Positions 9,750 to 17,373 of a stretch of 64,000 nucleotides of DNA are shown here, piece after piece. The notes beneath the pieces are model-generated. The model was not told where the DNA came from, searched no databases, and saw nothing but the letters and a program-made list of their open reading frames with translations. The stretch lies in contig CAYMDJ010000001.1 of the NCBI GenBank assembly GCA_964389315.1, forward strand, positions 543 through 64,542, read 5' to 3'. Position numbers and translations under genes: made by a program. This DNA is from an uncultured archaeon. GTDB taxonomy: Archaea; Aenigmatarchaeota; Aenigmatarchaeia; QMZP01. The number at the start of each line of letters is the position of its first letter. Within the stretch, counting starts at the first letter, position 1.

Positions 9750-10211
9750 TCAATAGATGAGGGCGAGGTCAGCTGATATGTTTGTCATGTAGGTGTCTGA
9801 ACACTCATCACCGCAGCACCAGACAAGCCAGACTTTTTCTGTATCCATGTCTTCTGTGCATGGGACCGTTGTCAGCGTGCCTGCGGATTCTGATTCAAGC
9901 GTCTCGTTGCAATTGTAGATGTCAACGTCCTCACCATCACGGAAATTCATGCTGACGCTTGTCAGGGCCTCGGTTCCAGGATTGTAGAAGGACGTGACCA
10001 GGTTGCCGTCAATGCACTCAGATGGGCCATACTCAATATGGCAGCCTTCATAGGACTCTAGGGAATGGTATTTCCCCGGTGCCGGTGAATTGTAATCTGT
10101 GAACAGGACAGCCGCCCAGATAAGGATTACTGCTGCGATGAGGGATACTGATATGAGCTTCTCATTCCTCTTGATGAATCCTCTGTTCATAAGACTCTCA
10201 GACCGGGACAA
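9750..10211 (-). CDS. Small membrane-anchored extracytoplasmic Cys-rich protein (153 aa). It overlaps the upstream radical-SAM gene by 14 bp.
   Basis: ORF track. It has a charged N-terminus, the TM segment LISVSLIAAVILIWAAVLF, and an ectodomain with 10 Cys plus sequons (NCNET, NIS). Confidence 0.55.
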   Translation of the reverse strand: MSRSESLMNRGFIKRNEKLISVSLIAAVILIWAAVLFTDYNSPAPGKYHSLESYEGCHIEYGPSECIDGNLVTSFYNPGTEALTSVSMNFRDGEDVDIYNCNETLESESAGTLTTVPCTEDMDTEKVWLVWCCGDECSDTYMTNISADLALIY

Positions 10212-11106
10212 GCTCTCTGAACCCCCTTCTATCAGCGTATTCCTTGAATATTCCCTCGCAGATATTAAAGTGTTTGCAGGCCCTGCACTGGGGACCCTTT
10301 ACCCTCCCATGCTTTGCCCTGTTCTTCTCCACATCAAGGTCCCTGAACTCAGGGCCTGCATGATGCTCCTTCATTCTTCCTCTGGTGCTGAACTCGCTCA
10401 GGTGCTTCAGGTCAAAGAGCATGTAGCACATGGGAACGTATCTTATCATGCTGTGATTTATGCCGTGCCTCAGGCCCGCCTGGACAGTGGGCTTCAGGTA
10501 ATCCTTTATCTCCGTGAGTGTGGGAACCACCTCGTCAAAATGCTTCAGGGCATTGCCCCTGGGATGGATGAACATGAATTCCATCCCGTCTGCCCCTAGC
10601 CTGGCATTGTTATCTGCTATCTGGGGAAGGAAGCGGTAATTGTCCTTAACTATCACCGTGTTCGTGCAGATATAGATGTCATTGGAAAGCTCCTTTAGGT
10701 TCCTGAGGCCCTGGGTGGCGTATCTGTAGGAATTTGACCGGGTCAAGTAATCATGAAGCTCCGGGGTGTGGCCGTGTATGGAGAAGACCGCGGAATTAAG
10801 GCCGGCATCAAGAATTCTCTCTGCAAAATCCCTGTAGTAGAACATCTTCCCGTTGGTGGTGAGGCTTATGGTCTCGAATCCGAGCTTCTTTGCATATCTG
10901 ACCAGCGGGATTATGTCCCTCCTTATGGTTGGCTCGCCCCCGAGGAGGTCAACGAAAGTAGAGCCTCTCTTCATGGCCTCAAGAAGCTCCTTCTTGACCT
11001 GCTCGGTGCTCATGGGAGGGAGCGTCCTCTTGTAGCCGCCGTCGTAGCAGAACCTGCAGTTGTTGTTGCATTCATATCCCATTATTATAGAGGTCTTTAT
11101 CTCCAT
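10198..11106 (-). CDS. Radical SAM protein of the CNNNCxxC type, with a C-terminal Cys cluster CRACKHFNIC. It is a paralog of 12813-13652 and 21996-22943.
   Basis: ECNNNCRFC cluster at residues 13-20, a GGEPT motif, and a conserved C-terminus ICEGIFKEYADRRGFRELVPV. The RBS GGAGG sits 5 nt before the ATG. Confidence 0.8.
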   Translation of the reverse strand: MEIKTSIIMGYECNNNCRFCYDGGYKRTLPPMSTEQVKKELLEAMKRGSTFVDLLGGEPTIRRDIIPLVRYAKKLGFETISLTTNGKMFYYRDFAERILDAGLNSAVFSIHGHTPELHDYLTRSNSYRYATQGLRNLKELSNDIYICTNTVIVKDNYRFLPQIADNNARLGADGMEFMFIHPRGNALKHFDEVVPTLTEIKDYLKPTVQAGLRHGINHSMIRYVPMCYMLFDLKHLSEFSTRGRMKEHHAGPEFRDLDVEKNRAKHGRVKGPQCRACKHFNICEGIFKEYADRRGFRELVPV

Positions 11107-11189
11107 GGTTCCTCCGGGCGGGTTTTCTGTGATGGTGTTTCTTTTGTGTTATGGTTTGGATTCAAAAGCAGGATCTTCATACCCCTCTA

Positions 11190-11215
11190 TTGATATTTAA
11201 ATATTAATATCCATT
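11190..11215 (-). promoter_or_regulatory. Archaeal TATA box (TTTAAATA) with a BRE-like context upstream of the radical-SAM gene 10198-11106.
   Basis: The sequence GATATTTAAATATTAATATC lies in the 230-bp intergenic gap. It indicates the 23-kb minus-strand run is more than one transcription unit. Confidence 0.35.
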
Positions 11216-11335
11216 TCTTAATGTGCTACCAACAGCTGATTCTGTGATGATAAGCCAGGTCGTTCTGACTTTTATAGGGGCTGTGTTTCTTATAGAGATG
11301 GGAAAGATTAGGAAAGAGTTGAGTAAAGTTAAGCT

Positions 11336-12787
11336 TTAGACCAGATGCCCAAGACCCCTAAGTGTATCCATTGTTTTATTTTCCACTTCTATCGCGGGGT
11401 TCGAATACATGACGGACATTCTTCTGTTATTCTCTGACCATTCGAACAATTCACCCTTTAGTTCCAGGGTAACTTTTTTCTCGTTATCTATTATGTTAGA
11501 TTGCTCTTTTGGATCGGCCAGTATATCAAACAGCTCTTCTGATTGACTAACTGATGATATATATTTCCACCCATTTCTTCTCACGCTCTGTTTTTGACCC
11601 GATTCTGTCAATTCGCTAAATATCGCATAATCTGATATCAGACTATCATTAATCATTAGTGGAGTCATGCTATTGCCTTGGAACGCATCGCTGGTTTTTA
11701 TTTCAACGATATCTAAAAGCGTTGGCATTATATCGATAAGCGAAACGCTGCTCGATATTCTTGCCGGATGCTGTCCAGGTATTCTAATCAAAAGCGGTAC
11801 ATGTATTATTTCGTCATATAGCTCAATATGCAAAAAACCCCCATGGTCGAGGAACTCCTCGCCGTGGTCAGCAGTGAAGACTATTATGGTCTGGTTTTGC
11901 AATCCAGATTCTTGCAGTGTTTTTATTATCTTGCCGACAGAATCATCCATGTATCTTATCGAGCCGTCATAAAGTGCTACAAGATGATTGAAATCATTGA
12001 TGGAAGATTTGTTGAATCCTGACCAAAAAATGTTCCTCACTACACCAAAGGCCTCGTCTTCGGGGTTGGACCATTTTGAATCAATGTTCATGAACAAATC
12101 CGTTTGTGTCTCCACCAAGCTTCCGTCATATCCAACGTCAAAGAGATTATTATACGGCTCTGGCGGTAAATATGGATCGTGCGTTATATAGGTGTGGAAG
12201 AACATGAAGAATTTTTCATGCTTTCCTCTCAGCCAAGCAAGAGTTTCTTTCAGTATTTCCTCGTTCGTAAAGACGGTGTTTTTGTAGATTTTGTATTCGT
12301 CAAAACCATCCCCGAACCCCAGCATGGGGTCAACGTTTCCTCCCCCCGTGAATGCCACTGTCCGATATCCATTATCCTTCAGTATTTCGGGGAGCGTTGA
12401 TATTGAATCATTCAATCGTTTTATGTTCGTGTTTTGTATGTTTATAATTCCGTGAACAGATGGGTACATGGATGTGAACATGGACATATGAGAAGACGCG
12501 GTAAGTGAGGATTGACTGAAGGCGTTCTCAAACAAAATACTTCCGTTAGCCAGAGCATCTATGTTGGGGCTGGTGTCTCTGTGGTAACCATAACAACCAA
12601 GATGGTCTGCCCTGAGAGTGTCAATTGATATAAGGATGATGTTACAGTCCGGGCATTTGTAGCTTTGATTTTCTGGTATGATTATGAAACCTGAAAGGCT
12701 CAGGGTAAAAAAGTATGAAAAGAGAGCTATGAATATGATAAGCAGCATAAAACCCGCAAGATGATATTCATCCATGTACCTGAACAA
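11336..12787 (-). CDS. Membrane-anchored sulfatase-fold (alkaline-phosphatase superfamily) enzyme with Thr at the nucleophile position. It is likely a phospho-alcohol (phosphoglycerol or phosphoethanolamine type) transferase rather than an FGly sulfatase.
   Basis: N-terminal TM segment, then DTLRADHLGCYGY ... LTASSHMSMFTSMYPSVHG ... TADHGEEF. The C/S-x-P-x-R FGly motif is replaced by T-A-S-S-H. Confidence 0.7.
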   Translation of the reverse strand: MFRYMDEYHLAGFMLLIIFIALFSYFFTLSLSGFIIIPENQSYKCPDCNIILISIDTLRADHLGCYGYHRDTSPNIDALANGSILFENAFSQSSLTASSHMSMFTSMYPSVHGIINIQNTNIKRLNDSISTLPEILKDNGYRTVAFTGGGNVDPMLGFGDGFDEYKIYKNTVFTNEEILKETLAWLRGKHEKFFMFFHTYITHDPYLPPEPYNNLFDVGYDGSLVETQTDLFMNIDSKWSNPEDEAFGVVRNIFWSGFNKSSINDFNHLVALYDGSIRYMDDSVGKIIKTLQESGLQNQTIIVFTADHGEEFLDHGGFLHIELYDEIIHVPLLIRIPGQHPARISSSVSLIDIMPTLLDIVEIKTSDAFQGNSMTPLMINDSLISDYAIFSELTESGQKQSVRRNGWKYISSVSQSEELFDILADPKEQSNIIDNEKKVTLELKGELFEWSENNRRMSVMYSNPAIEVENKTMDTLRGLGHLV

Positions 12788-12812
12788 TGATTTATTTCAA
12801 TCTTTAAATAGG

Positions 12813-13652
12813 TTATTGAATGGGGGTGAATTCCTTTTCCCCTGACAGGTTCAGGTAGCTCTTCCATATCATGGGGCAGTCCTGCCTGGAGCCACATGTC
12901 TTGCAGGCCTTGGCAAAGGCGAGCTCTGGCCCCTGCTTTGTTACTCCCTTTGCAATCTCCCTGTATCCCTCTGGTAGCGTGCAGAGGGGAAAGTGGAAGA
13001 GTTTTACAGGGATGCCTGCATTGAGGAGGGTGTCTGCTGCCCGGGATGTGTGGGGGACCAGTTTGCTGTATCTGATGAATATCCTTTTCAGGTTAATGAG
13101 GGCGTTCCCGGTGTATTTCATGTTTATGAAGACAACTCGCTCGACTCCAGCAAGGTTTCTGGATATGAAGCGGGCGGTCTCGTCCAGGCTGGCGTAGTTG
13201 AGCCTGCTGACTATTACTCTTAGCTCTACCCTGATTCCCAGGGATGTCAGGGCTTTAATTCCGCGCAGGGTCTGTTCCCAGCTTCCCTTGACCATGGTTA
13301 CTGAGTCGTGGACGGAAGGTAGGTGGCTGTATATCGCTATCCCAACCCTGAAGTTCTTTATTCTCAGATTGGAGAGTCTTTCAGCGAATTCCGGGTAGCT
13401 GAACATCCTGCCGTTGGAGACCAGGAAAAGGAGGGTGTCCGGACGGGTGTCCCTGATGTATGACATCGCCCTGAAGAAGTTTGGGGATATTGTTGGCTCA
13501 CCGCCGCTTATTCCAACGGTATGGCAGTCTTTCGGCAGCCTGTCTATGCACTGTTTTATCGTTTTCCAATGCACGTGGCCGGAAGGTTGGCTGCGGTCTC
13601 TTATGCAGGATATGCAGTTGTTGTTGCAAACCAATGTAAGGGGAATCTCCAT
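12813..13652 (-). CDS. Radical SAM protein of the CNNNCxxC type (paralog family).
   Basis: VCNNNCISC cluster at residues 9-16, GGEPT motif, C-terminal AKACKTCGSRQDCP. Confidence 0.75.
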   Translation of the reverse strand: MEIPLTLVCNNNCISCIRDRSQPSGHVHWKTIKQCIDRLPKDCHTVGISGGEPTISPNFFRAMSYIRDTRPDTLLFLVSNGRMFSYPEFAERLSNLRIKNFRVGIAIYSHLPSVHDSVTMVKGSWEQTLRGIKALTSLGIRVELRVIVSRLNYASLDETARFISRNLAGVERVVFINMKYTGNALINLKRIFIRYSKLVPHTSRAADTLLNAGIPVKLFHFPLCTLPEGYREIAKGVTKQGPELAFAKACKTCGSRQDCPMIWKSYLNLSGEKEFTPIQ

Positions 13653-13711
13653 AACACTTTTTTGCAGGAAGGATTTAAGTTAATGCGGTTGGTGAAACCC
13701 GTGAGCCGGCA

Positions 13712-15412
13712 TCATTCCTGGGTATGGTTGTGTGCCCATATGGGATAGGGATATGCCCACGGAGGATAGAGATATATCCTGTCCATGGAAGCGTTAAGGC
13801 CGGGGATTCTTCCTTTTACAGAGTAGAGCGTGTAGGTCAGGTTTTCCAGTGAATATTCGGCGACGGGTACTGTTTCATAAACCCTCAGGAATTCCAGGCA
13901 GGACTGGTTATATGGTGGTATCCTGCATATATAGCCGTCGTAGAAGAAAGCCATGCCCCTGTTTCCGATTATCTCTTCAACCGCGTTGCCATAAAAGGCA
14001 CCATGAAGGGGGACGGGGTTTGCTCCTGGAACGACTGATAGTGCATGATAACTCATGCTGAAAACATAGGCATTGTCAGGGAGTTCGCTGCCTAACATTC
14101 CCATGGCCTTTGTCTCAAGAATCCTTGGTTCGCTATAAAACCCGTATTTTTTTGTCCCAATGGTGTAGCAGCATGTGTTCTCAAGATAATCTCCTCCGGC
14201 AAGCGGGGGGATTGCGAATGATATCAACAGGAGCAGTGAAATTAGGGCCGTAATGAACCTTTTTTTGGTCAGATAAACATCCTGGACCAAAGAAATTCCC
14301 GATGACACAAATAAAAAGAGGAAGGATATTGCAAAGACCAGAAGCATGGGCTGCAGGAACCCGGATACTGCATAAAGACCAATAAAGGATATCGGTATCA
14401 GGCCAATGCTCCAGGGAAAGGGAGTTTTTTTCTGGAGGCCGAGAAAGATTCCTGCTGCTATCAGGATGTTGAACAGAAGTGGGTAATATAAGCCCGAAGC
14501 CATTCCTGCAAGAATCTCTGCTATACCGTTGCTCATGCCAGGGCAGGCTTGAAACTCTCCCAAAACCGAAAAAATTTGCTCATTAAGAACCTGTTGATTA
14601 AGCACGAATTCCGTGTTTATCTGCGTCCACAAGCGCTGCAAATATATTATAAAAAAGGATGAAGAGAGAATAATAGCTGCCCTGAACCTGTAGTCATGGA
14701 GCCTTTTAAGGAGGCTCCTCCTTGAATGGAGCATGATGATTATTGTAGGCAGCATGGCTATGAATTCTATCCTCGCATTCAGTGTGAATGCCAGGGTTAA
14801 CAGAAAGAGGTAAAGGGATTTCTGGTCATCATTCCTTAGGTAAAGGCACAGGCTGGAAAGGGATAGGAGAGCGAAGAAAAGGGCTATCGTGAAATCCTCG
14901 CCCATGGCAGAGGCTGCGACCAGAAAAGGATAGGCAGAAAACAGCGCCGAAGCGTAAAGGGCCGGGCGGGTGTCCTTCATGATCAGATACAGAAGAATGA
15001 AGGCAAGCGGTATGCATAACGTCCCGAAAAGGATTGACGTGTATATGGCAGTGTAATTTCCAAGCCCGAACACCAGGAAGGAGATTGAAAATATTATAAC
15101 AGAACCGAATGGCTTGAAATAGGGATGGCAATCCTCTGTTTCATATCCAGTGCAATAGCATATTTCCGCGTTCCCGTGCATCATCAGGTTCTTTGCAGCA
15201 TTCAGCCTGTAATCCTCGTCGATGAAATTGTGCTGCATCGGGGACGAGAGCCTTAGGAAAAGGCCTGCCGTGGTTATCAGTATCAGCAAAACCCACACCT
15301 CCTTTCTAATCCCCTTCAGGGAAGATGCAAGCGTTCCCCTGTCCATGAAAAGGAGAATGAAAACCAGTACGAGATTCAGCACAGTGCCCAGCATCAAGAA
15401 CGTCATCAGCAT
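13712..15412 (-). CDS. GT-C fold membrane glycosyltransferase (PMT/ArnT-like, multi-pass, 566 aa). It is not AglB, since no WWDYG motif is present.
   Basis: Roughly 12 predicted TM helices. The first extracytoplasmic loop carries the DEDYR acidic motif typical of GT-C enzymes. Confidence 0.55.
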   Translation of the reverse strand: MLMTFLMLGTVLNLVLVFILLFMDRGTLASSLKGIRKEVWVLLILITTAGLFLRLSSPMQHNFIDEDYRLNAAKNLMMHGNAEICYCTGYETEDCHPYFKPFGSVIIFSISFLVFGLGNYTAIYTSILFGTLCIPLAFILLYLIMKDTRPALYASALFSAYPFLVAASAMGEDFTIALFFALLSLSSLCLYLRNDDQKSLYLFLLTLAFTLNARIEFIAMLPTIIIMLHSRRSLLKRLHDYRFRAAIILSSSFFIIYLQRLWTQINTEFVLNQQVLNEQIFSVLGEFQACPGMSNGIAEILAGMASGLYYPLLFNILIAAGIFLGLQKKTPFPWSIGLIPISFIGLYAVSGFLQPMLLVFAISFLFLFVSSGISLVQDVYLTKKRFITALISLLLLISFAIPPLAGGDYLENTCCYTIGTKKYGFYSEPRILETKAMGMLGSELPDNAYVFSMSYHALSVVPGANPVPLHGAFYGNAVEEIIGNRGMAFFYDGYICRIPPYNQSCLEFLRVYETVPVAEYSLENLTYTLYSVKGRIPGLNASMDRIYLYPPWAYPYPIWAHNHTQE

Positions 15413-15485
15413 CTTATCTTCCCTTTAAAGGTTTAGTATCATAGAGCTTTATGTTAATCGGACTTTCCAGTGGTTGGGTCGCATA

Positions 15486-16517
15486 TTAAAGTGGCATGAG
15501 TGGATCAGGGGAGGAATAATCCCCACCAACGAGCTTTGCGATGAACCTTGAGCCTCCCTTGCATTTCCAGAGGTAGTCGCACTGCCTGCATGCATCCGGA
15601 ACGAATCTCAGGTATCTCAATTTCAGCATCAGGTCGCTGTTCCAGCATCCCATTATGTCAAGTGGATTCCCTATGTTCTCGCCTATATAATAGCTTGGCT
15701 TTGCAAACCCCCTTGGATCAATCACAAACCTGGAGTGCCCATCATCTGTTATGCCGCCGAGGGAAACGCTTTCCACTCTGGCAGCATCATAGAAGCAGAA
15801 GGGGATTGGATTAGCTATCACATAATTTGTCCCGCTGGTTCTGTTTATATTAATCAGCCTGTCAACAAGGGCCTTGAGGCCTTTTACTGAGGATGTTGCA
15901 TGCTGCTTTGTGGTTGGAATTGTTCTGTAGAGTCCCCAGTGGTCAAGGTCAAGTTCCTGGACGATTGCAGTGAAATAATCAAGATTCGTTATGTTTTCAG
16001 GTGTTGCAACGGTCCCTGCCCTAAGCATCCATATTCCAGTCTTTCTGACCATCCTGAATGAATCTATCTTCCTTCTGAAGGATTCGGCCGTTCCGCCGAG
16101 CCTTGCCTCGCTCTCAGGCGAGAAAGAATTGAGTGAGATGAGCAGGTTGTCTATGTATCTGCCTATTCTTACTGCAGCCTTCTTGTCAATGAGCGTCCCG
16201 TTGCTGTTCAGCAACACATCCATTCCAATGGATTTTGCATGGCGTGCCAGAACGAAGAGGTCCTTCCTAAGGAGCGGCTCCCCGCCCGTAAACCTTATAA
16301 TGTCTACTCCATTGTCATAGACGGCGTCTATTATTTCCTTTATATGACTGGCTGGCATTTCTGGAAGTGTCCTTCCAGCGCTGGCGAATGTGCTCCTGTT
16401 GAAGCAGAACTTACAGGAAAGGTTGCATCGTGCAGTAACTTCTATAATAATCTCGCTGGGCTTCTTTAGGACGCTGGGTACGGATGCATGGCGTTCTTCC
16501 GTAATTTCGTTTTCCAT
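15486..16517 (-). CDS. Radical SAM/SPASM-type peptide-modifying enzyme. It is the candidate maturase for the adjacent His-Xaa-Ser peptide.
   Basis: CNLSCKFC cluster, FTGGEPLL motif, C-terminal CRQCDYLWKCKGG (SPASM-like CxxCx5C). It lies 29 bp downstream of the peptide ORF on the same strand. Confidence 0.8.
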   Translation of the reverse strand: MENEITEERHASVPSVLKKPSEIIIEVTARCNLSCKFCFNRSTFASAGRTLPEMPASHIKEIIDAVYDNGVDIIRFTGGEPLLRKDLFVLARHAKSIGMDVLLNSNGTLIDKKAAVRIGRYIDNLLISLNSFSPESEARLGGTAESFRRKIDSFRMVRKTGIWMLRAGTVATPENITNLDYFTAIVQELDLDHWGLYRTIPTTKQHATSSVKGLKALVDRLININRTSGTNYVIANPIPFCFYDAARVESVSLGGITDDGHSRFVIDPRGFAKPSYYIGENIGNPLDIMGCWNSDLMLKLRYLRFVPDACRQCDYLWKCKGGSRFIAKLVGGDYSSPDPLMPL

Positions 16518-16546
16518 GTTTCTGATTGGTTTGCAGATTTAAACTA

Positions 16547-16819
16547 TCAGTATGATTCGTGGCTTGCGTGGGAGGAGTGGGAGGAGTGGGAGCCGTGGCT
16601 GGCGTGGTGGCCGTGCTGGGCGGTGACAGTGCCTGCATTCCAGGATATGTCAAAGCTGTTGGTGTGGTCGGCGGCAACCTCGGGCAGGAATGAGAGTATT
16701 GATATCGATGCCAGGAAGGCGCCAAGGCTGGCTGCCTTGTGCTTGGCAACCCTCCCCCTGTTGTCCAGGAGGAAGTCTGAGAACGTGTTCTTTATCTTGG
16801 GCAGGATTTCCCTCTTCAT
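16547..16819 (-). CDS. Putative precursor peptide or small protein (90 aa) whose C-terminus carries six tandem His-Xaa-Ser triplets (HAS-HGS-HSS-HSS-HAS-HES-Y), following a hydrophobic segment.
   Basis: Translated by hand: MKREILPKIKNTFSDFLLDNRGRVAKHKAASLGAFLASISILSFLPEVAADHTNSFDISWNAGTVTAQHGHHASHGSHSSHSSHASHESY. The RBS AAGGGAG sits 4 nt before the ATG. Confidence 0.6.
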   Translation of the reverse strand: MKREILPKIKNTFSDFLLDNRGRVAKHKAASLGAFLASISILSFLPEVAADHTNSFDISWNAGTVTAQHGHHASHGSHSSHSSHASHESY

Positions 16820-16883
16820 TCAACTCCCTTATTATTTGGGAACCTTCAAATAAATAGCTGAGTGGCGATTCGGTAAACGTCGC

Positions 16884-17351
16884 TCATGTCTTGGTGGTTT
16901 TCCTGCCCTGAGGGACTGCTTCTGAACGTCCTGGTTTCTCTGTCCCCTTGGCCCTGTCCGGGGTCCAGGGCTTTGCTATCCCCTCCGGGTCATCCAGCCA
17001 ATCGGATTCCTCAGGCTCCTCTGTTTCATCGGCCAATGTGTTTGTGGCAAGAGCCCTCCTTATTATGGCCTCCCTTATTGGCTGCTTCTTTGCGGCCTGT
17101 ATGACGTAGACAGAGTAGTTTATGAGCTCGTTGCTGAAGTCGAGGCAGAGCCTCTTCAGGTCAAGTCCCTTTTCCTTGGGCTTTATTGTGACGATAATCT
17201 GCTTCTTGGGTTCGCCCTCGAACAGGAAGTGAGCCTTGTCGAGGAAGACATAGGCAGCAGAGTAAATGACCTCCGGGGGATAGAGTTTCGTGTTAACGAG
17301 GACTGTGGCTTCCTTCCCCCCTGGAGCAATCCTTATTGTTTTGTGCAGCAT
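16884..17351 (-). CDS. Hypothetical protein (155 aa) with an acidic, Pro-rich C-terminal tail. It is the first gene of the peptide/maturase sub-cluster.
   Basis: ORF track. A TATA-like TATTTAAA lies about 25 bp upstream, and no family was recognised. The motif LCLDFSNELINY is only weakly reminiscent of the HxsD LLNDYxLRE motif. Confidence 0.4.
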   Translation of the reverse strand: MLHKTIRIAPGGKEATVLVNTKLYPPEVIYSAAYVFLDKAHFLFEGEPKKQIIVTIKPKEKGLDLKRLCLDFSNELINYSVYVIQAAKKQPIREAIIRRALATNTLADETEEPEESDWLDDPEGIAKPWTPDRAKGTEKPGRSEAVPQGRKTTKT

Positions 17352-17373
17352 GGAAATATTTTGTATACGGCGT

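Noticed and set aside
10099-11193. Plus-strand ORFs 10099-10599, 10753-11193 and 10853-11035 overlapping the radical-SAM gene.
   Set aside because: The minus-strand product has unmistakable radical-SAM motifs. The plus ORFs are shadows.
11336-13652. The idea that the radical SAMs flanking the sulfatase-fold gene are anaerobic sulfatase-maturating enzymes (anSME).
   Set aside because: The sulfatase-fold protein lacks the C/S-x-P-x-R formylglycine motif (it has T-A-S-S-H). The flanking rSAMs are short (about 280-300 aa) with a CNNNC cluster spelling and lack the full twin-auxiliary-cluster anSME architecture.
15452-15466. ORB-like TTCCAGTGG strings at 15452-15466, and likewise at 40621-40633.
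   Set aside because: They are isolated single half-elements without the GAAA half, not next to an initiator gene or AT-rich unwinding region. They are probably chance matches.
16488-16853. Plus-strand ORF encoding ...WLAWEEWEEWEPWLAWWPCW.
   Set aside because: It is the mirror image of the His-Xaa-Ser repeat on the other strand. The minus-strand ORF has the RBS and the operonic context with the rSAM gene.
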